This document shows positions 1 through 13,446 of a DNA stretch of 64,000 nt, in pieces. Position 1 is the first letter of the stretch, and each line of letters starts with the position of its first letter. A program made the position numbers and the translations under genes. The notes below the pieces were generated by a model that saw only the letters and a list, made by a program, of their open reading frames with translations, ran no database searches and was not told the DNA's origin. Source of the DNA: Azolla caroliniana (lineage: Eukaryota > Plantae > Polypodiophyta); contig JBHGNT010000012.1 of NCBI GenBank assembly GCA_043228905.1, positions 18,724,001 to 18,788,000 of the forward strand. Reading direction: 5' to 3'.

Positions 1-934
1 GTCCTCAGGTAAAACCGGAAAAGGGTTAGGGTCAAGTTGGGTGACCTCTGGAGGGCTCGGCGAGGAAGTTGGTGCGGAATCAACTCGCGACTGGGTATCA
101 AGTGGCGAGGATTGCAACCGGTGAGCCTCCGATAGTTCCTGGAACGATTGGTCAATAACCGCCGATTTACGAGTACAGAGAGAATACACATATAGAATAT
201 TAGAAAACGAAACTTATATTAAATGATAGAGCTCCCAGTGAGTACAGTACTCGGCTCTCACCCGGAAACAGTTAGTGCAGAACTTGCTGCTAGGATATTA
301 CTCTCGCTAAGAATGATCTAGATACTCCCCCCCTTGAGGTACGCATAACTCGGGTTATATATAGTTTTCCCTTTCAGACAGAGCCGAGCCATCGGCTGAT
401 TGTGAGGGCTAAAACACAACTATTTCTAGTCTTACCTATTTCCTCACTTGCTCTTCTACCTAACGACAAGTTTACATAATATATTTATATTTCTGGCCTA
501 TGGACAACAGATTTGACGTACAAGGTAATGTCCCACGGGCGTGCCATGTGTTAACAAGCCGGCAAGGAAGTCCAGAATGGAAGAAGGGGAGAGCTGATTA
601 TATATATATATATATATACAATTATTATGATTTGAGAAGCGAGCGGATGGACTCGGAATCGGTATGCCGTTCCGGATACGGACCGGTTCGTAGCCGGTTG
701 CCGGTTGGCACCGATTTGTACCTAGAGCCGAAGACCTATAAAAGGGCCCAGTGAGATTGTAATCATTAGCAGATAATTAATAAGAGTGTTGTTGTTCTGT
801 ATCTTAATCAGGTTAATTGTCGTTCGGTGCTAAATATAATTCATCTTACGCGTGTATTGTGACTAATAATCCTGCCGCTTAGTAACCAATTAGGGTTTCA
901 TTAATAGTTGGTCCAACTTTATCTCACCGCAACA
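1..934. mobile_element. Probable LTR remnants (two fragments, ending ...GGACAACA at 509 and ...CGCAACA at 934)
   Basis: LTR-like CAACA ends, a TATA-like CTATAAAA near 737 and no credible ORF. No partner LTR is present in the window. Confidence 0.3.
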
Positions 935-1009
935 CCCCTTTGGTGAAGTGTCTCAAGGGACACCATGTGTTAGGCCATTGTTAACGTGCCGGAGAAGACT
1001 AGCCTGCGC

Positions 1010-1179
1010 TTATCTTTCGTTCTCTGGATCGTCATTCGCTCCAAACCAGTCGTCGTCGCTATCCATGTCCTCTGGGTCTGGTTTGTCTTCGTTCCATTTC
1101 TTGAATGCATTGATCCTCTTCCCAGCCACCGGCACAACTATTCTCGTTCCGTCGAGCTTCGCGAGATGGTAGGTGACGT
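1010..1179 (-). pseudogene. Gypsy integrase C-terminus of outermost host element H
   Basis: Minus strand reads TYHLAKLDGTRIVVPVAGKRINAFKK...*, the same as the integrase tails of X, Y and Z. Confidence 0.85.
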
Positions 1180-2122
1180 TGTCGTGAAGATTTTCGACAA
1201 TCGTGTGAAAATTGCATAAAACATACGAAATCGAGTATGAATTGCATAAAACAATAATAGTAAAGATACTAATTTGAAATAAGTTTAATATCTTGGTACA
1301 AAAAGATGGAGGTCATGAAGAGCTTTCGAATGCACTTTTCTACATAAGAAACAGACATCTAAGTGTCAAGTTATGTGGGTATAAAGTTTTACAAAAGAAA
1401 AAGAGAAAAATAAAATTGTGAAATATCCCAGATAGATAGGAAACATTTAGGCTCTAACTATATAAGCAGATTGAGATCCATCATATTTCATCTATGTGTT
1501 AAGAGCACATAAAAAATAGTTGGACTTGAGCCATTTCTGTCTAGATGGACATATGTGGCTAAGTTGTCGGATGTGGCTAAGTGCCCGAACCGGCCGGTGA
1601 AGAAACTCAAACCGCCCAATGACATAATCGAAAACCGGATGGAGCTGGCAACCAGATGAATCTGGCAAGTGGCAACTGGACGGTGATGATGATGGCATTC
1701 TATGACGGAACCGGCAACCGGTGAACGGGATTTGGCGTTAGAACCGGCGACCGGTGATGGCATCCGGCATCCGGCGACGGAACCGGTGACCGATGGTGAC
1801 CGACATCCGGCGACCTCGAGATGCGAACCGAACCAGGCCAGACCGAATGGATGCAAATCAGACGGATTGGTTGGGTCAGTTGATCGTCATGCATGATATC
1901 TTAAAGATATTTGGTCCAAAAGCCTAATAGTTTTTGTGCATAAAAGAAAAAGATGTAGGCAAGACTCGAACTTTGCACCTCGAAGATAAGAAGCAATAGG
2001 CTTACCATTAAGCCAAATCATTTCTTTAAAGATTATATTTCCTATCATTATACTTTTATCATTATATTTCCTTCCGGTCCAGGACCCTGGTGGTTCCGCC
2101 TAATGATCCGCGCTTAGTGACA
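1180..2122 (+). mobile_element. Orphan 5' LTR (family T) of the Trp-primed Gypsy lineage; internal part deleted
   Basis: TGTCGTGAAG...GTGACA termini like the other LTRs of this lineage. Preceded by ACGT and followed by GATT-TGG (spacer plus first PBS bases), then host integrase. Confidence 0.75.
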
Positions 2123-2574
2123 GATTTGGATTGTACGTTGTCGTGAAGAAAACTGGCCCTAAGAGGAATCAAGGAATCAAAGGCGTGAACCCACCCTTGC
2201 ACGAGTGTGCACGAATTGATATCAATTGTACATAACTAGGAATAGGACGGTTGATATAAATATACTAGGTGTCACATATTTATTAGGAAATCGATGCGTA
2301 TCTTTGTCCAAAGGGACAGAGAATAAAGTTGACATCTTTTGATGTAACAGCCTCCTCGGTGACCTATAAAAGGGGGGGGAGAAGAGGAAGAAGGGATGGC
2401 GTGTTTTTGAGAGGACAAAGTGATTTCGGACTGGGAACCGAGCTCTCTCCTCCACCGCAGTTGTTGCAGGGATTTGGGTTAGGTTGGTTGTGTTGGGGAC
2501 AAGGCCGTCAGTGCAGAAGTGCAAGCAACATTCGTGATGAAGGAATTTGTGTATGCATGAGCAAAATAGACAAA

Positions 2575-2607
<33 letters not shown>

Positions 2608-2999
2608 GCACAAAGGAAATGTTATATTCCAATATCAACCGTTACAAATGTCAACCAACCTTTACTAAAGGTTACAAAGTCACTTTATATAGTGACTATC
2701 CTAGGGCAACTGCCCTTTATGCTATTTACAGAAATAGCCCGAACTTAGGTTGTCCAAAGGGAGAGTGTGAATACGGCCATTATACACTTGTATTCGACAT
2801 TCCCCCGCAATGGGCGTATACATGGGTTATCTTAAAGAATTACAGGTATATATACAGGGTTTATCGGACAGATCGGTTTTGTCAGAGTCGGCAAGATCCG
2901 AAGATAGAAGACCGAATCGGTCGGGTCGGAAGAGCTAAAGCCGATCCTCAGAGAACCGATGTCGGTGGTCTAAAACCATCCTGTGCTGTGTGTCCGACT

Positions 3000-5900
3000 T
3001 TAACCGGACCGATTTTTCGTTACGCCCATCTGGTGCCGAAGGGAACGGAAACGATCCGCCGAAAGACACTTGGTCATTCCATCTGCGACATTATCGGTTG
3101 TGGATATCTTCTCGAGACCGATTCTCCCTGAAATGATGCAGTCCCAAACAAAGTGATATCGAATGTTGATATGCCTAGAGGCGTTGTGGTGAATCGGATT
3201 TTTTGACAAAGCAACATCACCCTGACTATCACTGTAGACAACTGGAGCCGAGTCGAAGTCGACCTATCGAAATGTGTATGCTAGCCGACCGAGCCATAAA
3301 GCTTCTTTTGCTGCGTCGGACGCAGCTACATATTCTGCTTCGGCCGTTGAGGTGGTTGTACACTCCTGAAGTTTTGACTTGCATGAGATTGCTCCATTGC
3401 CGAATTTGAAACAGTATCCGGTTGTTGATTTCTGACTGTCCACACAGCCGGCGAAGTCTGAGTCGGTGTAACCGACTACGACTGAGGTTGAGTTCGGGCC
3501 GAAAAGAATGTCATGGTCTTTTGTGCCAGCTAGATATCTGACCACATGCTTGACTACGTTCCAGTGCGATCGGCCGGGGTTGTGCATGAATATGCTGACA
3601 ACTCCTACGGCGTGAGAAATATCAGGCCGTGTCGCGACCATCGCGTACATGAGGGAACCGACTGCCAGTGCATACGGTACCGACTTCATATCTTCCCCCT
3701 CCGGACCGGATGTCGGACAGTCTCGTTAAGACAACCGAAGGTTAATGGGGAGCGGGGTCGAAGCAGACTTGGCCGATTGCATGTTGAAGCGTTCTAAGAC
3801 ACGTCCGATATAGTCAGTTTGAGACAAGAAAAGTTGTTGTGTATCGCGATACTGACTAATCTTCATACCAAGTATGTGTCTTGCCGGACCGAGGTCCTTC
3901 ATGGCAAACTTCAACCACAGTTGCCAAACGAGTTCGGTGAGCTCTCCGGCATGCCGACCAGAGAGTAGCATGTCGTCCACGTAGATGATGAGGAAGACGG
4001 GAGACCCATCTTGAGCTGTTTTGGTGAAGAGACAGTGGTCCTCATCGCTCTTTCGGAAGCCGACCGATTGGATGAAGTCGTTGAACTTCTTGTACCACTG
4101 TCGACGTGCCTGTTCCTGGCCTGATGACACAAAGCCTTTCGGTTGCTCCATATAGATTTCCTCTTGTAGGTCACCGTGGAGGAATGCCATTTTTACATCT
4201 AGCTGGATCAGCTCCAAGTTGTCGGCGGCCACGACACCGAGCATGAAATGAAGGATCGTCATTTTCACATTGGTGAAAAGATTTCGTCGAAGTTGACGCC
4301 ATATTCTTGTCGAAATCCCTTCGCAACTAATCTGGCCTTGTACTTTGGGGTGGTCGAGTTGGGCGTCTCTTTTAGTCGATAGAACCACTTACACGGAAGA
4401 GCATGTCGATTCTTCGGTAAATTCGACCACGTCCCAAGTCTTGTTTGCCCAAATGGATTGCATTTCCGACTCCATCACCAGATGCCATGTGGCTGAATCG
4501 GCAGATACCGTTGCTTCTTCGTAAGATGTCGGTTCGCTGACGTCAGTAAAGAAAATTCCGGGACAGTACCTCTCCAGAGGTTGCGACAGTCTCTCGGATC
4601 TATGAGGTATGACTGGACTAGTCGCACCGGGTGTCAATGTCGGATGGTCGGGAGCCGAGCCATTCGGTTGTGCCGAATCGGTGGATTCGGTGCGAGAGTT
4701 GTCGGTTACCCGTGAAACCGATCTCGTGTTGTGGGTTGGGCCGTCATGAAGGGTTGGCACTTCGGAAAATATTACCCTTCAGACTTCAATAGGCCTTTCA
4801 GCCGTTTTATGCATAGGTTACTCGTTGAACACGAGGTCTGAACTTCGAACGATTTGTCTGTGCTCGGGGTCCCAGAGTCGGTATCTGATCTCTTCGTCGA
4901 GTCCATATCCAAGAAAAACACATTTCCTTGACCTTGGTTCAAGTTTCCGGCGGTCGTCTTTCGGTATGAGAGCATACGCCTCGCAACCGAAGATCCTCAG
5001 TTTGTCATAATTCGGCTTATTGCCAGTCCATATTTCCTGAGGTATTTGAAGTCCTAGAGGTCTACTTGGCGACATATTTATTATGTGTACTGCTGTAAGT
5101 AGAGCCTCCTCCCAGAAGCCATCCGACAGTTCGGAGTGTTGGAGCATGGATACTACGTGTTCTTGAATCGTCTGATTCATGTGTTCAATAATTCCGTTCT
5201 GCTCCAGACTATAGGGTGCCGTATATTCACGTCGAATGTTGCGTTCCCGACAGAATTTGACGAATTCTTTAGACTTGAATTCTCCTCCATTGTCGGTTCG
5301 GAGACATTTCAGTTTCCGACCGGTCTGATTTTTGACCATTGCAAGCCATTCGTAGAAGATCGAGAACACCCGATCTTTGGTTCTGATGGGGTAAGCCCAC
5401 ACCTTCCGAGTTGAGTCGTCAATAAAACTGACGAAGTAAGAAACACCGCCGAGAGACTGATGTGGCATCGGGCCACAGACGTCCGAATGGACCAAATCGA
5501 GGGGACTCGATTCTCTTGGTGTTGATGTCGGGTGTGATGTGGCTACCTGTGTGCCGTACTGGCAATGCTCGTAGAATTGGTGATCCGAGAAGGAGAGTCT
5601 GGGGATGTAACCGGCTTTGGATAGGTGCGTTATGTTGGCCTTGCTGAGGTGTCCAAGTCGTCCCTGCCATAACGATGACACGGGGATATCAACCAAAAAT
5701 AAGTTACCCTCTTTGAGTGTGACATATAAAGGATACAAGGAATGTACCTTTGGTCCTCGAGCAAGCAGGAGGTTCCCTTTGTGGAGTGTCCACCCTCCTG
5801 ATGAGAATCCAGCACGGATGCCGACTTCGTCAAGTTGTCCGACTGAGATCAAGGGTCTTGAAAGCTCAGGAACGTGTCGGACGTTGTGTAGTACGAGTGT

Positions 5901-6951
5901 AGAGCCTCCCGGAAGATTGAGCTCTACGGTGCCGATTCCAAATATAGCACAGTGCTGCGAGTTTCCGACTCGAACTGAGTTGGAGTGCCGGTTCAAGTAT
6001 TGCCAAAACTGAGATCGGTGAGGTGTCACATGATACAATACGCCCGAGTCCAGGAGTCATGTGCTCAATTTCTCGGTCGTAAGCAGAACTTCTGATTCAA
6101 TTGGGTTCTCTATGGACAGTATGTTCGGGTCGGTCGTCAAAATTTCGGCTAAAGACCCGACGTAGTTGACGTCCTCATGCCGGCTACTCTTCTGATCCGC
6201 TCTCTGAGCTTTGTCAGTTTTTGGTTTGAGTGCTCGGCAGTCGGCTTTGATGTGTCCCGGTTTCTTATAGTAGTTGCAGATTCGGTTGTCCCGGGACTTG
6301 CTCCGGCTTCGCTGATTGTTCGGCGGTCGGGAAGAACTTCTTCCCCGGTTGTTCAATCGGTCGGTCGAACCTTGTACTACGTAAGCTTCATTTACCGAGT
6401 CTTTGGCGAAAGACTTTCTCCGAGTTGCTTCAGTCAGGATTGCGCTCGTGACTTCGGAGTACTTAACTGCAGCTGTTGAAGCATTGCACACGGTTGTAAC
6501 GAAAGTTTCCCATGAAGAAGCGAGACTACTCATGAGTATCATTGCTCTGAGTTCATCCTCGATTTCCGTCCCTTGAGACGAGATTTGGGAGCTTATGCTT
6601 TTGTACTCGTTGAGGTGTGCCTGAACCAAATCGGATCAAATACATCTTCGTTGCGGCAACCTTCTTTTCATAAGTTTCCGACAGTGTTTTCCAAAGTTCA
6701 AACATTGTCGTGCATGATTGCACTGTGAAGTACACTGACTCCGACAAGTGCATCCGAATCGTGGCGCCGACGATTTTGTCCAACTTTAGCCACTCGTTTG
6801 CCTTGTATGCTTCTGGAGGATTTTCATTCTCAATCGGGTCTATCTGACCCTTGACTATGAGATAGTCCTGCATTTATTCCTTCTAGAAGTTGAAGTTCGA
6901 ACCGTCGAACCTCCTTAGACTCATCTCCGATGAGCCAGATGTTGATGCCAT
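3000..6951 (-). pseudogene. Copia A gag-pol (gag, protease, integrase, RT, RNase H), disrupted by stops and frameshifts
   Basis: ORF fragments show the zinc knuckle CNYYKKPGHIKADC, integrase LVHSDVCGP...LRTDNGGEF, RT IYVDDML and RNase H YTDSDFAG...EAEYVA, in Copia order. Confidence 0.93.
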
Positions 6952-7583
6952 CTACTTTGGTTTCGGTTGGTAAGACTCGGTTCGGAGTTGACTATGAACC
7001 TTAGTGGGGTGCAGTCAGTCTGCTCACCCGATATCATTCTAGTTGGTTTGGTTTCGGATACTTGTTGTTGAACTTGCTCGAAGTGACTACGGTAAATTGA
7101 GGGACAAAACCGGTTGGTCTTCTTGAATGTTGCCGAATTGGAGTGAGCCCGGTTAGCTTCCGATTGTATGCTAAATACCGATTACACAAACCCGATTCTG
7201 CTTCGGATGACTACAACGATGAGAGGGATGGATCCAACTGATCCTCCCAAATGTCGATCAGCCAATTGAAGCACGAAGTGGTTGGTTGTTGCTCAAGGAG
7301 CTCCCCTCAAGCTGTTACAATCACAGGAACAGAGTACAACCGACTGGCTTATTCCAATTTGTGATTTAACATAATGAGATGCGAGCTTTTTGTTTTTCTT
7401 CTCCCTTCTTTGTTCTTCAAGGAAAACGAAAACAGAATGTTGTGTTGTGCGATGACGGTCGACAACGGGTTGAAGAACCTCCAACGCTTTGATACCAAAT
7501 GTTGGGGACAAGGCCGTCAATGCAAAAGTGCAAGCAACATTCGTGACGAAGGAATCTGTGTATGCATGAGCAAGATAGACACA

Positions 7584-7629
<46 letters not shown>

Positions 7630-7724
7630 CACAAAGGAAATGTTATATTCCAATAGCAACCGTTACAAATGTCAACCAACCTTTACTAAAGGTTACAAAG
7701 TCACTTTATATAGTGACTATCCTA

Positions 7725-10700
7725 AACACCGGGTCATTTGAAACAGGTAATATGTCGCATTCTCTTTTTCATATCTTAGTGAGATGTTAAAAAATGCCTT
7801 ATTTAAGCAGAATTTCAACAAGGCACAACGCATGTGTATGTGGTTTATGAAAACATAGCGAAAAAAAGAACTAACTAATATCACGTCAACAAAATCATCC
7901 GACGTATATTCCATCTACCATGTTTTTGTCCAAATCTTAGACAGGGGTGTATTTGTTAACACAAGTATAATAGTAACACGGGTCCTTGTGCATATTCTAA
8001 AAAGCATGCCCCATTGAATAAGTGACTTCTTCTAATTATGTGTGTATATTTAAATATAATACATCTTAAAGCAATTTGTGAACCTTGCCATTAAGAGATA
8101 CTACTATGTCAAGAGAAAATTTCCATTGACACGTGATACATGACACTGTCAATGTATAAATAAACTAGTCTACAATAACATTCCAATCATACGAGTAAAT
8201 GATAGAGTATAAACTTATCTCCAATATACCCCAAATGATAAAGGAGAGTTTAGATAACATGTACACATACAAGTATACTTAATTTCTAAGTTCAATGATT
8301 GTTACACGAAAATTATAAGTAAGCTCAACTTATATATTACGTCAAAATTTAACAATTCATATTGTTCAAAATTTACAATAAGCCATAACCATTCAATCGA
8401 ATAATAAGTCTGGTAAAGCCGTCTACTCAGGATTAGCTCTTTCATCAGGATTGTCCTCATTGGCTTCGTCAGTACGCTAAGTTGAATTGTTAGTATGTTC
8501 AGACTCTGAAACGTCTTCTAATTCAACAAGTTGCCCTGCGTCTTCATCTATAGTTCCACAAGTTTTCTAAAAGTCATTTGGAACATCTAAGTTTTATTGA
8601 TATGCTTTGCCCCAACTTCTTGGTCTTGATCAGGACAACCCCAGATACCTTGGATCCTCATTTTGATGACATTAACTTGCTCAAGGTCCTTCTCTAATGC
8701 AATAGAGTTCCTGATAATCTTTAAGGCGTATGTTTTAGTAGTACATGACAGTAGAATGAAATTGCACAGGTAACATCAAACTGAAGAATAGAATATAACG
8801 TTAATCTAAATTGATGTAAGTTTTATATTATATACCTGTGTCAGAAAACTAATCTAAAACCCATTGAAAATTTGAAACAATAAAATTTGAAAAAATAAAA
8901 AATCTTGGATTTTTAATTGGAATCCAATGCGATGCACTAGATTTCAGTTGAAAATCCAAGTTTTTTTTTTTTTGTAATTTTTAAAATTTTTTCCATTAAA
9001 AAATAAAAAATGGATTTTCAGGTAAAATACTATGCACTACATTATATTTTAGTATATATAGCTAGAATCTAATGCAATGCGTTGGATTAGAGTCGAAAAT
9101 CCTTTTTTCTTTTTTCTTTTTCCAATGTTATTTATTTATTTATTTTCCATATAAAAAAATAATAAACGGCTTTTCAACTGAAATCCGATACACTACATCA
9201 GATCGTAGTCTATACAGCTAGACATTGATGCATTGCATCAGATTTTAGCTGGCAATCCTCTTTCTTTTCAATTGTTTTTCATTTTTTCAAAAAATAAATA
9301 AAAATATATTACAAAAGTGGATTTCCAACTGAAATCTAATGCACTACATCGAATTTCAATTAAAAATCCAAATTTCTTTTAGGTTTTTCATAAAACAATG
9401 AAATAATAAAAAAATATTACATTTTCAACAAAATTTGAACCATTGAGTCGGATTTCAATTGCAAATTAATATTTTATGAAAAAACATAAGAAAAATATTG
9501 GAGTTTCAACGGAAATCCGATGCACTGCATCAGATTTCTGTTGAAACTCAGTGATTTTGAACGGAAATCCGATGAAGTGCATCGGATTTCCATTGAAAAT
9601 CCTGTTGAAAATGATTTGTTTTCAACGGGAATCCGATGCACTGCATCGAATTCCTGTTGAAAACACATCATTTTAAATGGAGAAAATCACAATTTGTTTA
9701 TTTTTAACACTTTTTTAGAGAAAAATATAAACAAATAAGAAAATTTGTAAACAAACAAGAAAAAGTGGACTTTTAATGGAAATCCGATGCAATGCATCGG
9801 ATTTCCGTTGAAAATCCATTTTTTTCAATTCCTATATATTTATTTATGATAAAAACAAAAACAATTCAAAACAAATTCAAAATATCTGAAACATTGGAAA
9901 CAAATAAGACAAAATGGATTTTCAATAGAAATCCAATGTAGTGCATCGGATTTCTGTTGAAAACCCATTTTTTGCAATTTTTATTTATTTATTTATGGGA
10001 AAAAATGAAAAAAATATTTTAAAATATGAAAATTTGGTAACAAATAGCAAAAAGTGGACTTTCAATAGGAATCCGATGCAATGCATCGGATTTCCTTTGA
10101 AAATTCATTTTTTCAATTTCTATATAGTTATTTATGAGAAAATAAATAAACAAAATACCAAAAAATTTCTAAAAACTATGAAAATTTGGAAAAAAAATAA
10201 GAAAAAGTGGCTTTTCTACGGAAATCCGATGCAGTGCATCGGATTTCCATTGAAAATCTATTTTTTCAATATTTATTTATTTTTTATAGAAAAAATTCAA
10301 AAAATTCAAAAAAATTCAAAAAAAAAGCAAATTTGGAAAAAAAATACGTAAAAGTGGACTTTCAACCAAAATCCGATGCAATGCATCGGATTTCCGTTGA
10401 AAATCCATTTTTTCAAATTTTATTTATTTTTTTATGGGAAAAATAAAAACAAATTCAAAAATAATTCAAAAATAATTCAAAAATAATTCAAAAAATAAGA
10501 AAATTTTCAAAAAAATAAGAGAAATTGGATTTTCGATTGAATCCGATGCACGGAATTGGATTTCCATTGAAATCTAATTTTTCAATTTTTATTTATTTAT
10601 TTACGAGTAAAATAAAAAATGTTTATTTATTTATTTATGGGAAAATGTTTTATTTTTTCAATTTGTATTTATTTATGTATTTTCGGGAAATCCATGCAAT

Positions 10701-11628
10701 GTATCATATTTTAGTCTATGTAGCTAGAATTAAATGCAATGCATTAAAATGCAAGAGTATTTTTTTAATGGAAATTTTAAAAGAAAATTCAAGACTTACA
10801 GGAATCTGATGCATTATATCCAATTCTAGATGTATAGAGTAAAATTCGACATGTTGCGTCAAATCTAGATTGAATGAATCGGATTTCTGTACAACATCAA
10901 AGGCTTACTATGAGAATCTAAGAAAAATGGAAAACATCTTTAAGACATTTTTTAGATTCTAATGATTTTGGTAGAAAGCTTCTCTCACATAATCTAATCT
11001 TGTAAATGGAAAGTACATAATGAAATATCATAACCAAAAAGTGAGGAGGAAAGATGCATCAAGCACATCTACTCTTACATTGGATAATGTTTATATATTA
11101 GTGTATGACTTATCTTTGACCAAAACAAGTTATCTGTGACAGACCACAATGAAGATACTAAAAGAGGATCTGGAATGTGGCTTCAGACACAACACAAAGA
11201 CAAACAAGAAGCATGACTCATAAACTCGATGAGGTTGGATTGCAATTGGATCAACACAATGCATTAGTTGCCATTGATGATGAGGATGAGACCTCATAAA
11301 CTCGTACTAGTTCATCTAATGGGTATGAAGATGATGACATAAACTTGAAAAATGATTGTCCTGATATGTTAACTATAAATATTGTATTGCACATCAAGAT
11401 TTGGATTCAGAATTTCTATAAATATGGGGGTTAGTCATTTTGGACATTCATTTGTAAGTTTGGCATGTCCATTATTTAGGCATTTTTTTTAACACCTAAA
11501 TTTCCGTACATTTTAAAATTCCTTTACGCATGCGGCACCCCTTTTTGTGAATCACCCTAATTTGTGTCATTTTTTGATGGACAGTTCTCAAAATGCGACA
11601 TATTACCTGTTTCAAATGTCCCGGTGTT
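7725..11628. mobile_element. Non-autonomous TIR DNA transposon (37-bp TIRs, 4-bp TSD CCTA), superfamily uncertain
   Basis: AACACCGGGTCATTTGAAACAGGTAATATGTCGCATT (7725-7761) is the inverse of 11592-11628 with 1 mismatch. It interrupts the Copia A LTR at GACTAT-CCTA-GGG, which is intact at ~2700. Confidence 0.88.
8905..10870. repeat. Array of ~18-20 imperfect palindromes (core AATCCGATGCA-N-TGCATCGGATT) with A/T-tract spacers
   Basis: Units such as TGGACTTTTAATGGAAATCCGATGCA-A-TGCATCGGATTTCCGTTGAAAATCCA, centred near 9792, 9941, 10081, 10233, 10381 and 10551, with degenerate copies on either side. Confidence 0.9.
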
Positions 11629-11991
11629 CCTAGGGCAACTGCCCTTTATGCTATTTACAGAAATAGCCCGAACTTGGGTTGTCCAAAGGGACAATGTGAA
11701 TATGGCCATTATACACTCGTATTCGACAGGTTGCCTCTGCTGCGTGAAAGCCCGCGTGCTTCCGGTAGAGGCTCCACCACGTATTTCAGTGCGTGTTGAG
11801 TTTGTCACCGGCTTGCCAATTGTAACATTGCACGTTGTAATCTATATTGTTATTGGAATTGACTGTTTCTTTCTGTCTCTCTGTGCTCCTGCAAATCTCT
11901 CTCTTCCTCTTATCTCTCACGCTCCTCGGTTCAGGGCCCCTGTGGTCCCGCCTTGTTTCATACGCGTGAGCGTAACAACACGACATTAATT

Positions 11992-12009
11992 TGGTGAACC
12001 CGACGTGAA
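11992..12009 (+). promoter_or_regulatory. tRNA-Trp primer binding site of X (same PBS at 23803, 29978 and minus 48254-48271)
   Basis: TGGTGAACCCGACGTGAA is complementary to the 3' end of plant cytosolic tRNA-Trp (...TTCACGTCGGGTTCACCA, recalled from memory). Confidence 0.85.
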
Positions 12010-12031
12010 ACAGGCGGCAGAGAAGTCGAAG

Positions 12032-13446
12032 ATGAGGGGATCGGAGCTCGCTGAAACCATGGCGGCAGCGGTCGATCGGATAGTAAGTGCTCACGAGGGC
12101 ACAAGCGCCCTCGATAGGGCCATTGAAGCAGTTGTCGGCACGATAGGCCGATTCGGTGGGAAGGACGCCACGAGCTATTTGGTGGCCTACCGAGCCGAGA
12201 TGGTGATGAGAGACATTCCGGAGGATAGGCATTTGGCCAGGTTCCCTCGGGTAGCGACACCGGGCATCCACGCGGAGGTGCTTGAGGTACAGGCTGGATG
12301 CCGAACCTGGGGAGAATTCGAAGCACAGCTCCTCGAAAGGTGCGGGCTTGATGATGCACTTCGGTTATCGAAGCGAGACTTCATGGAGTGGGTGGAAACC
12401 CCCGAGAAGGGGAGGAATGCATGGGCGCTCCTCCGAGAGTTCGAAGAACGCTTCGCACGGCTCTGAATGCTGGACAGGACCGTGTTGGACACGAGCCGTG
12501 TCTTGTCGTTCGTCAAATCGGTGGATGTGCAGGATAGGGGCCAGGTGGGTCTCCTACTGGAGACAGATGATGGGTTGACGACCGACTGGTCCGTGGTCAA
12601 AGGGGTCTACAACCGCTTCAACAAACGGCGAGAGTGGGGCAACGAGAAGTCGTCGGCGACAGGACCCACCCCGGCAAGGAAGTTCGACGAGTCTTCGTCG
12701 GCACGAAGGGAGGAAACCCGGGATTGGCTTGAAACTGGCCCAACGTCGAACGGAGCAGTCAAGGGCCCATCCTACAGAGCGGCTCTTGAGGAGCTGACAC
12801 AAATGGTGCGCGACCTGCAGATCGCGTAGACCCGGAGAGACAGTGGAGGACACCCACGCGACCGAAGGCCACCAGCTGGACAACGGTGTATGTGGTGCGA
12901 CGCGGTCGGGCATGGCCGACGAGACTGCGTGGAGTTTGTCGAAGCCCTTAGGGGAAATCTGGTGTACCTATGGAACGGACAGGTGCACATTGGTGATACT
13001 CGGAGAGAGGTGGAGACGAATTTTAGGCATGGAGGGATGAGGCGGCTAATGGAAGAAGCGGAGGCGCGCCATGTCGAGGTCGTCCATTATTCAGCATTGG
13101 CCGGGATCCGGGTAGGAGGTGATAAAGACCGGAAAACGAAGGACTTTGGCTTTTGGCCCTCGGTGCTAGAAGGCCTCTCCGGTGCACAACTGAAGAGGGA
13201 GGAAGCGAAACGCAATCGGAAAACGAAGGACTCAGGCTTCTGGCCCACGGTGCTAGAAGGCCTCTCCGGTGCATGACTGAAGAGGAAGGAAGCGAGTCCA
13301 TAGAGCGACGGGTCCGGGAGGTCATTGGATGGGACGATCCGGTTGAGGAGAAGACTGGTCTCGTGGAAGCTGCATGCCAGAACTATGAGGTTCTGATAGA
13401 AGACAAGCACGTGGGAAAGGCCGAAGGCGCCAGGCCGTCACAGCGG
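12032..13446 (+). pseudogene. X gag, 5' part (stops and an 87-bp internal tandem duplication); continues at 49003
   Basis: MRGSELAETMA...; zinc knuckle CMWCDAVGHGRRDC. ARPSQR|YETQFGQ rejoins across V. Confidence 0.85.

Larger units (their letters stand above)
2491..11728 (-). mobile_element. Ty1/Copia element A (Tnt1/Tork-like) inserted in the 5' LTR of X
   Basis: LTRs 2491-2799 and 7500-7724 + 11633-11728. TSD GGTTG; the intact X LTR near 55355 shows the empty site. Met PBS TGGTATCAAAGC at 7486-7497, PPT at 2800-2811. Confidence 0.93.

Noticed and set aside
1176-2126. LTR T as a clean solo LTR
   Set aside because: Flanks differ (ACGT vs GATT), and ~0.5 kb of host integrase is missing. It is better explained as a deletion starting in the PBS.
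9941-10809. ORFs with repeated NPMQCIGFPLK
   Set aside because: They are a by-product of the DNA palindrome array.
8905-10870. CRISPR-like appearance of the palindrome/spacer array
   Set aside because: Repeats are long and degenerate, spacers are low-complexity and related to each other, no cas genes are present, and the context is a eukaryotic transposon.
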